From Octopus vulgaris (lineage: Eukaryota), in assembly GCA_951406725.2 (NCBI GenBank), contig OX597834.1, positions 11,532,001 through 11,596,000 on the forward strand: a stretch of 64,000 bases of DNA. Reading direction: 5' to 3'. Below the pieces are notes generated by a model. It was not told the origin of the DNA and made no database searches. It saw only the letters and a program-made list of their open reading frames with translations. Within the stretch, counting starts at the first letter, position 1, and each line of letters starts with the position of its first letter. Below are positions 27,921 through 40,577 of this stretch, one piece after another. Both the position numbers and the translations under genes were made by a program.

Positions 27921-28381
27921 TAAGTATGTATTTGTACGGGCAAGTTCAGTTTGCAATTCTGTAACATCGCGTGTAGCGGAGATCTAGAATTTCCCAAACT
28001 TCAATGGAGAAATTGGTGCGTGTCAAATTCTCCGACAACTTTTGGCATATTTTATTTATTTGCTATGAATTATGTATGTCCAGCAGAGACCATACTCTAA
28101 CTAACTAAATTCCGGGATAACGTGTTTTAAGTCCGCGCATTTATCCCCGGTGCACTGGTACACGCACACGATTACGTATCATATATAATTTATACATACC
28201 ACTCACACACACACACATACATATGTAAATATAAACGCATACACACACACACACACATAAATATATATATATATATATGTATATAAATCTATGTATAAAT
28301 ATGCACATATATACCTATATATATATATATATATATACGTATATTTATATACATATATATACATGTATACATGTGAGTACG

Positions 28382-28427
<46 letters not shown>

Positions 28428-28984
28428 GTGTGTGTAGATCATATATATATATATATATATATGTATATATGTGTGTGTAGATCATATATATATATATATA
28501 TATATACGTATATACATATGTGTGCAGATCATATATATATATATATATACATGTGTATGTAGATCATATATATATACATATGCTTGTGTAGATCATATAT
28601 ATACATACATATATATGTGTGTGTGTAGATCATTTATATATAGACATATATATATATCTACATATAATCACACACTGTTACGTTTGCAGTGAGCGTGCCG
28701 TATGCTTATTCAAAATGTAAACTTGAATGTTTCTCAATGACCCCAAGTAACATTGTTAGAGAGAACAGATAATTGTCTTAAATCATAGGGATAACAATTG
28801 AATATTCCTTTATAAACTGGATTTATATCACAATAGTCATTGTTTAAGTTACAAGGATGTTTCAGAAAGCAAGAAGCGGGCTTTTGTAGATAATTTGGCG
28901 GGTTGTGTTTACAGCAGATTAAATATCTAAAAGGCCTATTCAATTTCGAAATGAGAATTTCTGAGATTGTGTGGTACATTAATT

Positions 28985-29192
28985 TACTCTTTTACTTGCT
29001 TCAGTCATTTGACTGTGGCCATGCTGGAGCACCGCCTTTAGTCGAGCAAATCGACCCCGGGAATTATTCTTTTCTAAGCCTAGTACGTATTCTATGTTTT
29101 TTTTTTTTTTTTGCCGAACCTCTAAATTGCAGGGACGTAAACACAACAGCATCGGTTGTCAAGCGAAGTTGAGAGGGACAAACACAGACACA

Positions 29193-29242
<50 letters not shown>

Positions 29243-29266
29243 CGCACACATACACACACACACACG

Positions 29267-29315
<49 letters not shown>

Positions 29316-29465
29316 GATGGATTTCTTTCAGTTCCTGTCTACCAAATCCACTCACAAGGTCGGCCCGAGCCTATAGTAGAAACACTTGCCCAACGTGCCA
29401 TGCAGTGCAACTGAACCCTGAACCATGTGGTTCGTAAGCAAGCTACTTACCACATAGCCACTTCT
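28985..29465 (-). mobile_element. SINE family A
   Basis: Homology; followed by further family A fragments at 29465-29587 (-) and 29730-29897 (+). Confidence 0.85.
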
Positions 29466-30846
29466 CTTTTATTTGTTTCATTTATTTGATTGCGGCCATG
29501 TTGGAGCACCGCATTTAGTCGAGGAAATAGACCCCAGGACTTATTCCTTGTAAGCCTAGTACTTATTCTATCGGTCTATTTTGCCGATATATATATATCA
29601 TTCCATCTTCAGACTCCATCTTGTCAACACCTCAAGTGTAAAATTCTCCGAAGTAAAAATCTCCCTGAAGACGGAGGCGATATTGGACCCAAGTAACCAT
29701 CCTTATTCCGGACCACCAAACTCCCAGAAACCGATACTGGTGTGTTTATGTCCCCCGCTAATTAGCGGTTCGGCAAAAGAGACCGATAGACTAAGTACTG
29801 CGCTTACAAAAGAATAAGTCCCGGGGTCGAGTTGCTCGGCTAAAGACGGTGCTCCAGCATCGCCGCAGTCAAATGACTGAAACAAGTAAAAGAGTAAGGG
29901 TATATATATGTATGCATGTATATACACACATGCACACACATGAAAAATTATGAGGAGTGAAAATTTGAATTATTTGTTTCCAACGTACGTTTCCTCATTG
30001 TGGGTACTGTGCATGTTCTGAAGTGGATGTTCACAGATCGGATGCATTTTAATGAAAACTATCTCATGTGTGTCACACCATACATTTATATTTTTCTCTT
30101 ATGAACTATCGAAGGCCAGGATCCAATTTAATTAGGAACATCCACTGCAGAGTATGCAACTCTTCCAAAACGGTGAAACGTACGGTGAGAAAGAAAATTA
30201 TATAAGTTCTTATAGCAATTTCTATTATGTGCAATAGTAACCACACAACTTTACAGTAAATACTCTGACTGATGATGCACTCATTTGAGAACTAAAGTCA
30301 CCAGTAGTAGAGATACTGCATATTCATGTATGTGTGAATGTGTGTGCATAAGCGAATATGTTTCCATATGTGCGTGTGATTTCGTGAGAGTATGGAGAGG
30401 CATTTATGTTCTATATCATAGTGGAGGATAAAAGTGCAACTAATAAACTTTCAAATAAATATTTCTTTCATGATATAAATCTGCCGTCTATAACATTAAC
30501 ATCAGAAAGATTAAAAGTATAAAAATGAAAGAAAAAAAAAATCAGATAGCACAAACAGAGGCTACACTTTCTTGCATTTATAGCTTCTGGCGCTTTCAAC
30601 ATCAGGCCAAACTCTGCACCTCTTTGGTCACTCTGTGTCATATGTCATCTTGCCACCTCTTCCTCTCTCATCATGCGCTTAGCAATCTATATGTCTGTCT
30701 ATATATATCTATTAAACGACACAAACTGAAACATCCACATATATACTAATAAATTTGTGGATGCTTGTGCTTGGAAAGGTTAAACGAAAGGAGTCACAAA
30801 CTAAGAAAAAAAGGTTAGTAACATCCTCATAATAGATAGCGTGACA

Positions 30847-31241
30847 TCTTTATATATAAAACTAAAGTTGTGTGTCTGTCTCCTACGATTTAGATTCCTA
30901 ACTACTCCCACATTTTGCGGTGCAGTTTAACCAAAACCGAGTATCTTATAGTCGTGATTCATATCGAGCACTTCTGGGTATTAGTGCACGTCTACGATGA
31001 GTCTGTGATTTAAAAAAAAAATTACCATCAATTTTTCCCATTTTTAACGCATTTTTTTCCTATTATATAAGGTAAGTACCTCTCTAAAAATGTATTATTA
31101 AATCTCAGAACGTAAAACGCTACAGTAACACCCCCCTTTGTGGTTAGCCATATTGAGATGGCTATTATACTTTATATCTCTAAAAATGCTTATATAGTTA
31201 TTTCCCTTACAAACACGAACAACGCCGTGCGATACTGTAAG
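30847..31241 (+). mobile_element. Non-autonomous Helitron (diverged)
   Basis: A|TCtttatatataaa start; ...cttacaaacacgaacaacgccgtgcgatactg end; internal match to 63721-64000. Confidence 0.7.
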
Positions 31242-31509
31242 TTTAAAATATAAAAAGAAAGATTTTTTTTTAAAATCATCTATACGTTTCAAAAACTGTA
31301 TTAATTGTTATAGACTTTCATATGTGTGTGTGTCTTTGTGTGTGTGTATGCGTGTAACTTCGTCAGACATTGTTTTACATCAACATTGAGCGTGACGTAT
31401 ACAGACTTTTCCCCGCACACATACATTTCATAAGATCCGAATGTCATAACACGTGTGCGTGTAAATATATGTATATGTGTGCATATGTGTGTGTGTGTGT
31501 GTGTGTTTA

Positions 31510-31748
31510 TAGGTTCCTTTCCGAATCATATAGACTCATCTGGTTGGTTTCGCGGTTTCCATGCCCTATATTTTCCCCACCTGGACGGGACGCCAGTCCA
31601 TCGCAGGCTTACACACTTTTGTCAGCTGGGTAAATGTAGCAATATAAAATAGTGTTTTGCTCAAGAATACAATGCACAGACCAATCCAGATATCGAAACC
31701 GCAATCTTGCGATCATGAATCCAACACCATAAATACTAAGCCACGCGT
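31510..31748 (-). mobile_element. Older tRNA-derived SINE (family D)
   Basis: Minus strand gtggcttagta...gtttcgatatc head and cttgagcaaaacact core; cctgcgatggactggcgtccc segment. Confidence 0.65.
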
Positions 31749-32132
31749 TCCCTAGATAAGTTGTCTCTGTACTGCCTTAGTTTTTTCGCGGTTCTTCTCT
31801 TATGCATATGTGGTTTGTTCTTGATGAATATGTTCGAGATATTTCTCGACATATCAAATAATTAGTAGCACTTAAAGAAATGTATTGAGTCCTTAAAATA
31901 AATGATACCATTCTCTCACTAGATGGAGTAGAAATCATGCTGAGTTTTCTATAATATGGAACAGTACCCCAGAACTTATTCTTCGCAAGCCTTGTACTTA
32001 TTCTAGCGTTCCCTTTTGCCGGATGCAACCAGACCAACATCCGTTGTCAAGCGATGGTTGGGGGATAAAAACACAGACACACAAACATATACACACATAT
32101 ATACATACATACATACACACAGTGGTAGAGTA

Positions 32133-32272
32133 ATATGCTTTATTTAAAGCAGCAGAAGATTCAACAAAACCTCTTACTCTGAGTTTCCCGTTGCAGCAAA
32201 AACTGTCCGATGAACGGAAACGGGAAACTCAGAGTAACAGGTTTTGTTGAATTTTCTGCTGCTTTAAATAAA

Positions 32273-32278
<6 letters not shown>
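32133..32278 (+). mobile_element. Family P2 fold-back element (60-bp inverted arms) with hammerhead motif 32197-32246, inserted in the microsatellite of a family A SINE
   Basis: CAAAAACUGU-CCGAUGA-ACG gaaa CGG-GAAA-CUC A GAG-UA-ACAGGUUUUG; arms 32133-32192 and 32219-32278 with 3 mismatches. Confidence 0.75.
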
Positions 32279-32350
<72 letters not shown>

Positions 32351-32674
32351 GAAGGGCTTCTTTCAGTTTCCCTCTACCAAATCCACTCAGAAGGCTTTAA
32401 TCGGCCCAAGGCTATAGAAGAAGACACTTGCCCAAAATTTGTTAACGGTCAGACATTGAGACCAGAAATATTGGCATTGACGTAGCGACACTTGAAGTTT
32501 TGTCTTGGTGAATCTACCCGAAGAGAACTAATCAAATTTACGTTAACAAGCGTAATTTGGAAAGTTCGAAACCTAGGTCCTAGATTATCCACATCTGGGT
32601 TGCACATTTATTTAATGTTCTCACTACAGGTCATATGAACTTTTTTATGTTTGCCCCCTAGCATTTTTGCCAGT

Positions 32675-32747
<73 letters not shown>

Positions 32748-32750
<3 letters not shown>

Positions 32751-32930
32751 CGGGAAGCTTTATGAAAATAAACAAAACGCGAAGGCAGGTGGAATACAAA
32801 CAAACAATTGTATTAGTATGGCGCTCAGGAATATAAATAAAACAAGTCTTTTACGTTTCGAGCCTACGCTCTTCAACAGAAAGGTACACAGAAAAGAAAC
32901 ACGGAAAGAAACAAGGAGAGAAAAAAATAT
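32748..32930 (-). mobile_element. Family P1 element with hammerhead motif (32848-32883)
   Basis: CUUU-CUGUUGA-A-GAGC guag GCUC-GAAA-CG-UA-AAAG; flanked by (TA)n. Confidence 0.75.
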
Positions 32931-33535
32931 ATATATACAAATTGGGACAAGAACGCAAAACATCCAGATAGACGATACAAAAATCACGGACGGGTCATTC
33001 GAAGCTTTTAATCTTCAGTCAAGACCCGGATCATCCTCGCAATTTCGGCTGAAGCTTTACTATAGCGTCGTATATTATCGACTGCTATTTCCAGTAAAGA
33101 TTGTTGCAATATTGCACCACTATCCTACATATATATGTATATCACGGACAGTATTTCATATATATATGTAAGTAAACACGTCTCGTGATCAATGCTAACC
33201 CGAGTGTAAGTAATAGATGCATGCATGATAATGAAAACTTTTCAAAGGAAATAGTCATTTCAGATTCAAACGAGATAAGATTATACTCTACATTTCTAGC
33301 TCGCATTGTCAAGGCCACACTCAGTAGCGTGTTGTATAAATTCCTATTCAGATATTATCAGATTCACTTTGCTACAAATTATGATCAGATATTTTAAGTA
33401 GATAGTCAAAACTGAAAACAGATGAATGATAAATTTTCAGATATGTCATTCATATATTTATACTTATATCTCTCCTCTGTCTGTCTCTTTCGCTCTCTCT
33501 ATCTATCTATCTATATATATATCTATCTCTATATC

Positions 33536-33570
<35 letters not shown>

Positions 33571-33953
33571 CTCTATCTCTCTATCTATGTATCTATCTAT
33601 CTCTCTATCTATGTATCTATGCATCTCTCTCTCTCTCTATGCATATCTGTGCGTGGATGCTGAAAAGTTCCTAGCTTTAGGTAAAGGAAACTACAGTTAA
33701 TTATGATTTTATTCAAAATATTTGCCTTTCAGATTCACGCATTTTATCCAAGCCCCGTAAAATAACTACAAAGGATGAGTCACCAGCCAGGCCTTTTGTG
33801 ATATACATCAAGCCAGGGATATTCTCCTCCTCTGCCTCCATACATACAACTACTTGTATCTATTTCTTTCTGCAAACAGAAACACGCGTACACACTCGCA
33901 CATATAAATAACACTGTTTCTGAAACAACCGAAAAGTCCTACACGCCATCTTG

Positions 33954-34004
<51 letters not shown>

Positions 34005-35017
34005 ATGTGTGTGTGAGTATGCATATATATGAGTATATATATATGTAATATTTGTATGCATATATATATATGTATGTGTGTGTGTGAGTATGTATATATA
34101 TAAGTATATATATATGTAATATTTGTATGCATATATATATATGTGTGTGTGTGTGAGTATGTATATATATGAGTATATATATATGTAATATCTGTATGCA
34201 TATATATATATATGTATGTATGTGTGTGTGAGTATGTATATATATATGAGTATATATATATATGTAATATCTGTATGCATATATATGTATGTGTGTGTGT
34301 GTGAGTATAGACAATCACATACGTATATTCCTATAAAATAAAACATGCTCCCATGCGTATATTCATTCAATTTGTGTATATGCATTTATGAACGTGCATT
34401 TACATACAGAAATATATACATATATATATGCACACAGACACACATATATATATATATATATATCATTGTTATTATTTTCAAATGTGTATGTCAAACTTTG
34501 GACAAATGCTTTATTTTCACTCTGTATTTTTGCCAACAATAGCCGGTTCTTTTAGTCAAACTATCGTATCTACATCTTTCTCAAAGTTACTACAACGATT
34601 TTGCTATGGAATGGTGAAACTATTTTATCGCTTTCCAAAAAAAGCAACGTTTTGAACTCACGACACTTTTGCATAATAGCAACGATATATAAACACACAT
34701 ACATGCATATTCTCCTCTGCTTTTAATTACCTAAATATTTCCCCTTAGAAAGGAATTGGTTACTAAGTAAGATACAAATAGCCATCGTTGGATCATAGAT
34801 GACAAAAACAATGCCCGATTTTAAACTTCAGAGATGTTATACACATTTATATTCTTCCACTTACAGCTTGTATTTGTAATATGCGAGTTAATTGTCGTCT
34901 TTACCTGTGTTTTTTTTCATCTCTTTTTCATCTGAGTACTCGAGCGTATCCACATTGTCACTTAAATTTACTCACAAATAATGTGCGTGAATTATTATCA
35001 CTATATATGTATATTTT

Positions 35018-35215
35018 TTTTACTTGTTTCAATCATGTGACTGTGGCCATGCTGGAGTACCGCCTTTTTAGTCGATCAAATCGACCGCAGGACTTATTCT
35101 TTCTAAGCCTAGTACTTATTTTATCGGTCTCTTTTTTGCCGAACCGCTAAGTTACGGGGACGTAAACACACCAGCATCGGTTGTCAAGCGATGTTGGAGG
35201 GACAACACACAAACA

Positions 35216-35261
<46 letters not shown>

Positions 35262-35384
35262 AACATAATCAAATAGGATAATAAAATAAATTATTATTAC
35301 GAGTGGACTAGCACAAAAGACGAATTAGTCATTAGACTATATATTTTTCGTATAGAAATATAATAAAATAAAATAAAATATATT

Positions 35385-35427
<43 letters not shown>

Positions 35428-35591
35428 AGACGGGCTTCTTTCAGTTTCCGTCTACCAAATCCACTCACAAGGTTTTGGTCGGCCCGAGGCTATAGCAGAA
35501 GACACTTGCCCAAGATGCTACGCAGTGGGACTGAACCCGGAACCATGTGGTTGGTTAGCAAGCTACTTACCACACAGCCACTCCTACGCCT
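35018..35591 (-). mobile_element. SINE family A with ~130-bp insertion in its internal (TA)n
   Basis: Tail 35018-35215, head 35428-35591. Confidence 0.85.
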
Positions 35592-35773
35592 ATATATGTG
35601 AATTTATGATCTGGATGTAGAAGGAGCAGATTTGTAAGCCGCTGTTCACAGTTGTCCTCTTTCTCTTTCATTTTCAAAGAAATATTCATATCAGCAAGAG
35701 AGCGGACCACTCTGATGGTATATACTTTATCTTGTGTGTCTCAAAGAACAATAGGGTTCCCAAAGACTTGAAG

Positions 35774-35805
<32 letters not shown>

Positions 35806-36655
35806 GTACTTGGAGAAGAAGAACGGTACGAAACGAACGAATCGAATCGAATCGACGCGAGGGCGCTCAGTCATACAATAGTGTAATAAATAAAATATAT
35901 GCATACATACATACATATATGTACGTACCTACATCTACATGTATATATACATGCATATATAAATATATATACGTGAGTACAGGACACCACAAATAGACGT
36001 AGAACTCATCGAGAAACGAAAACGGAAAAACAAGCATGGAACAAACCATTTTTTACAACAGAAAAACAGAGTACAAGACTAACTACACAAGGAAAAATCC
36101 CCTTCATCAGCTGTCCCTAGTTCAAATCCAGCGTACATGCATGTATGTGTGCGTGTTGCTGGTTACTGAACTAAATATATGTAGATTGATGACGAATAAA
36201 TATCTGTGCACAGTAGATTCTTCAACATTTAAATGTAAATCAGTTTTGCAAAACTAAAGAAAAAGATTGAGGCTTATTGCCATTTTGAATCTAGAAGTTC
36301 GCTGTACTTTTACGTAAGATATAGACATAGATAACAATTGAGAAGTATCTGGAAATTGATAGATTAATTTGAATGGCAATGTTGGTACGGTGCAGAATAA
36401 AATTCCGTAAACGTGTAGTGTTAGATTATTTACCGACGATTGTAGACAATATCCGATGTATGGGATCTGAGTGTTTATTTCGTCGTGTGTATAGTCAAAC
36501 GCATGACTAATGTTTATTTACCTACCTAATAACGAACGTACGTGCCCTCCTACCTACCTACCTATCTCGCCCTTTATATATACGTGTATATGTATATATA
36601 TATATATATATATAACAAGTCAAGATAGAAAATGCTAAAATAATTTTATAAAGAA

Positions 36656-36703
36656 CATTTCAGTACCGGTTTCCGTCTTTTTGAGACCTTTTCAACTGTA
36701 ACG
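36656..36703 (-). ncRNA. Minimal type I hammerhead-like motif with U3-A8 core
   Basis: CGUUACAG-UUGAAAA-G-GUCU caaaa AGAC-G-GAAA-CCGG-UA-CUGAAAUG; palindromic ACCGGU stem III, GUA site. Confidence 0.65.
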
Positions 36704-36735
36704 ATTAAATAATTAAATTTAGAAAAATTAAAAGA

Positions 36736-36825
36736 AAAGTTTTTTTAAAGGAATATTTGTATAGTGTTCAATATATATATATATATATATTGAACACTAT
36801 ACAAATATTCCTTTAAAAAAACTTT
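36736..36825. repeat. Perfect 90-bp palindrome centred on (AT)n
   Basis: aaagtttttttaaaggaatatttgtatagtgttca(at)10tgaacactatacaaatattcctttaaaaaaacttt. Confidence 0.95.
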
Positions 36826-36889
36826 AATATATATATATATATATATATTTGTTGGCTAAACTGGCAAAATGACCATTCCGAAATATAAC

Positions 36890-36922
<33 letters not shown>

Positions 36923-37355
36923 CAATATATACATAACTATATACAAACATATATAAGTATTAAAGAATCTTTGTATTCTCTATAAATGGTCACTGTGACC
37001 ATTTGACATTGACCTAGTTTTCCTAATACATATTTTGTTTGCCAAATAGTAGTAAACGGCCTCTGTAGCATTACAACCCCCTCTACCTCAATTTCTTTAT
37101 ATAGAACTTTGACATCTATTTCACCCCTATTTCTATAAATAGAAACTTTTTCTTGTCTCCTTTCAATTGGTCATTCCTCCCAAACCTTCTAGCTGTTCAA
37201 AACAACTGAATATTCTGAATATTCTTCAGTCAGTTGATAAACTCTACTACCTTAATGTTCTTAAAATTTAAATCGACATCTTATATCTATATATCTACAT
37301 TCTCTGTAATGTTATCAATTGATATGAAAATTATGTTTTAATGGAAAACCTTTAT

Positions 37356-37447
37356 TAATGGCTGATGATTGCTCAACATTTTAAAACTGTTGTAATACTT
37401 ACAACATTTAATAAAATGATGTAGCGTGAAACGATCGTACCAAATTA
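37356..37447 (+). ncRNA. Type I hammerhead ribozyme motif, canonical core with long stem II
   Basis: UAAUGG-CUGAUGA-[~59-nt hairpin incl. UGUUGUAA uac UUACAACA]-GAAA-CGAUCG-UA-CCAAAUUA; predicted cut after A37439. Confidence 0.75.
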
Positions 37448-37487
37448 CCGAAGTTATTCTTGTTGCTTATTTTGCTTATATATATAT

Positions 37488-37563
37488 AAAGAGAAAACAC
37501 AATGCGAGGACGTGGAACAAGTATAGTGTTACTGGACGCTCAGGAAAGGAAAGACACGTTTCG
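37488..37563 (-). mobile_element. Truncated copy of the P1b element (homologous to 53670-53740)
   Basis: aacactatacttgttccacgtcctcgc shared. Confidence 0.7.
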
Positions 37564-38175
37564 GTGTGTGTATGTGTATGTGAATGTGCTTGTGTGTATG
37601 TGTATATAATAAACGGGAGGAAATAAATAATACAATTAACTATTACCTATGATAAAATATACTGATAACTATGTTGTGTGCTGGAATCGTGTATAATATG
37701 AAATTTAAAATGCTGCAATAACGATTTTTACTATTACTACATTTTATATATTTTAAATACAACTGTTTTCCAAATTGAATCATGGGAAGTAAGGATATAA
37801 GATTCAGTTATATAAATTAAAAAGGTATAAATACCGAGAGTTTTTATGAATATATTGAATTAATGTAAAAGAAAAACACTATCAAATATAAAATCGATAC
37901 ATTTTTATTTACGCTATTAAACGATACAAAATCTCAATGTATGTGAAATTGGATTAATTAAAACGAAATAATCTCTCATGGATGTTTGTAGGAACAAATT
38001 ATTAAAGGAAGTTGGATAATTTAATTTGAATTCATAAAATGAGTAGAACTGTGGAAAACCATAAAGAAATCAGACTCTGAGCAGAAATGTAAATAGTAAA
38101 ATGCTCAAACTGAACGATTGCTATAGACACCACAAATAAACGTAGAACACAACGAGAAACGAAATATATATGTAT

Positions 38176-38388
38176 GGCAGAAACGTTAGCACGCCGGGCA
38201 AAATTCTTAGCAGTATTTCATCTGTCTTTATGTTGTGAGTTCAAATTCCGCCGCGGTTGACTTTACCTTTCAGAGTCCATTAAATATGTAGCAGTTACGT
38301 ACTGGAGTCGATGTAATCGATTCAATCCCTTTGTCTGTCCTTGTTTGTCCCTTCTATGTGTAGCCCCCTGTGGGCAATAAAGGAATAT
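38176..38388 (+). mobile_element. SINE family B
   Basis: Homology; shares 3' flank with the 40347 copy. Confidence 0.85.
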
Positions 38389-38494
38389 ATAAATACACAT
38401 ACACTGTGTGGTCTTACCTAGAAAACATACAGATTTTTGAGGAGTAGTAACTTATAATTTATATAAAGTATGTATGCGGATTTAAATATTATTT

Positions 38495-39036
38495 TCTACC
38501 CTCGGCACAAGGTTCAAATTTTGGCGGGAGAGGGCCAGTCAATTAGATCGACCCCAGTATGCAACTGGTACTTAATCTATCGACTCTGATAGGATGAAAG
38601 GCAAAGTCGACCTCGACGGAATTTGAACTCAGAAACATAAAGACAGATGAAATACTTATTTTTTTACTACCCACAAGGAGCTAAACACAGAGAGGACGAA
38701 CAAGGACAGACAAAGGGATTAAGTCGATTATATTGACCCCGAAAGGATGAAAGACAAAGTCGACCTTGGCGGAATTTGAACTCAGAACATAGCTGCAGAC
38801 GAAATACCTATTCTTTACTACCCGCAAGGGGCTAAACACAGAGGACAAACAAGGACAGACAAACGGATGAAGTCGATAATATATCAACCCCAGTGCGTAA
38901 CTGGTAGTTATTTAATCGACCCGAGAAGATGTAAAGCAAAGTCGACTTCGGCGGAATTTGAACTTAGAACGTAACGGCAAACGAAATACAGCTACGCATT
39001 TCGCCCGGCGTGCTGACGTTTCTGCCAGCTCGCCAC
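38495..39036 (-). mobile_element. SINE family B tandem trimer
   Basis: Three head-to-tail units; junctions at ~38650 and ~38805. Confidence 0.85.
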
Positions 39037-40346
39037 TTTTAATCGATCTTCGAATCTTATTGTGTTCTCATCAGATGCGTCTACATCTTTCTGACGGTCT
39101 CTTATGGAAATTTGAATATTAACTAGGAAACGGTTAAATTTTCTTTAAGTATATTCGCTGAGAGGATTTCTTTTTATATTCAATGTCTTTAAAATTGTTA
39201 AGAGCGATCAAAAAATATAGAGGTGCGATTTATCAAATATTTCAGGTTATTGTAAAAATGAATTTATGATCTGTTATAATTTACTGAATTTAAAACACGA
39301 TAAAGGGAAAATATTATCTATAGAGCTTAGGAATTAAAGAACATAATAATTGGTGATAGAACGTGTTAAACGGTAATAAATAAGAGATAATCAGATTGAA
39401 ATGCATTAGCTAAGGTAAATTATTGTAAAAGTTTCTGGAGCTGACGTCGTCAGTTTGAGAATTCAAAAACTTCAACGTTTAGGTAAAGAAAATAACAATT
39501 AGTGCTTACACGATGATATGAATGAGTGTAATTTAGAGGAATTAAGAGAAGAAAGATAAAAAAAGAAATAAAATTGTGATACACAGTTGTCAGAAGGAAA
39601 TATTCGAGGTATTAGAGCGCTATTCTTCTACTTTTAGAGTATTGCTTAAAAACTGTCTACTTAAGAAGAGATCTTATATGTCTTTAAGTGGAATGATAAG
39701 TGGTATCGATAATTGTGAGCGCTCTACAAATGTGTAAAAAAAAATAGCGAAAGTGGTTTTAGCTAAGGCTTGTGTTTCTGACGTGAATCGCAAGATACAA
39801 CGTCTATAGGAGACTTGGGCGTTGTAGTACTGCATACGTATGCTATCTGTACGTAATCAAATGTAATTTGAAGCCATAGTATGTTAAATATGCTACACGG
39901 AATGAATTGCGTGTTGTTATATACACACAAATGCTGTTAATTAATGAAATTAGGTTTACTAGAAATGCCTATATATGTAAATGTATATGTAGGATACAGA
40001 AAAAACTCAGGTCTTATTCGAATAATGCTTGTGAAAGAAATTGGGGAGGGGTGTTTAAGCCGGAATGATTCGAACAAAGTATGCAAAACCAAATATCATG
40101 TGGAGCTAATTAATAGCATAAATAACTCTATAACGTTACTACGTCGCGTCAAAAATTAGTATCCCAAATTTTTATTCTTCATTACGTATCGCCCTAAATA
40201 AAGTATACAAAGCTACATTGCACAATACATTTGTCTCTCTCTCTCTCTCTCCGTATATATATATATAGGGAAAATTCACAAAAAAAAAAAAAAAAAAGAC
40301 GAAGACAGGTGGTGTAGACAACAAGCAGATGTTTATATATATGTGG

Positions 40347-40577
40347 AGGCGATGAGCTGGCGGAAATGTTAGCATGCCCGGCGAAATTCTTAGCAGTATT
40401 TCATCTGTCTTTATGTTCTGAGTTCAAATTCCGCCGAGGTCGACTTTGCCTTTCATCCTTTCGGAGTCGATTATATAAGTACCAGTTACGTACTGGAGTC
40501 GATGTAATCGATTCAATCCCGTTGTCTGTCCTTGTTTGTTCCTTCTATGTGTAGCCCCCTGTGGACAATAAAGAAAT
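40347..40577 (+). mobile_element. SINE family B
   Basis: Homology. Confidence 0.85.

Noticed and set aside
32985-36130. CUGAAGA (~33012, -) and CUGAUGA (~36105, -) half motifs
   Set aside because: Could not be closed into a three-stem junction, although the flanks look like related element fragments
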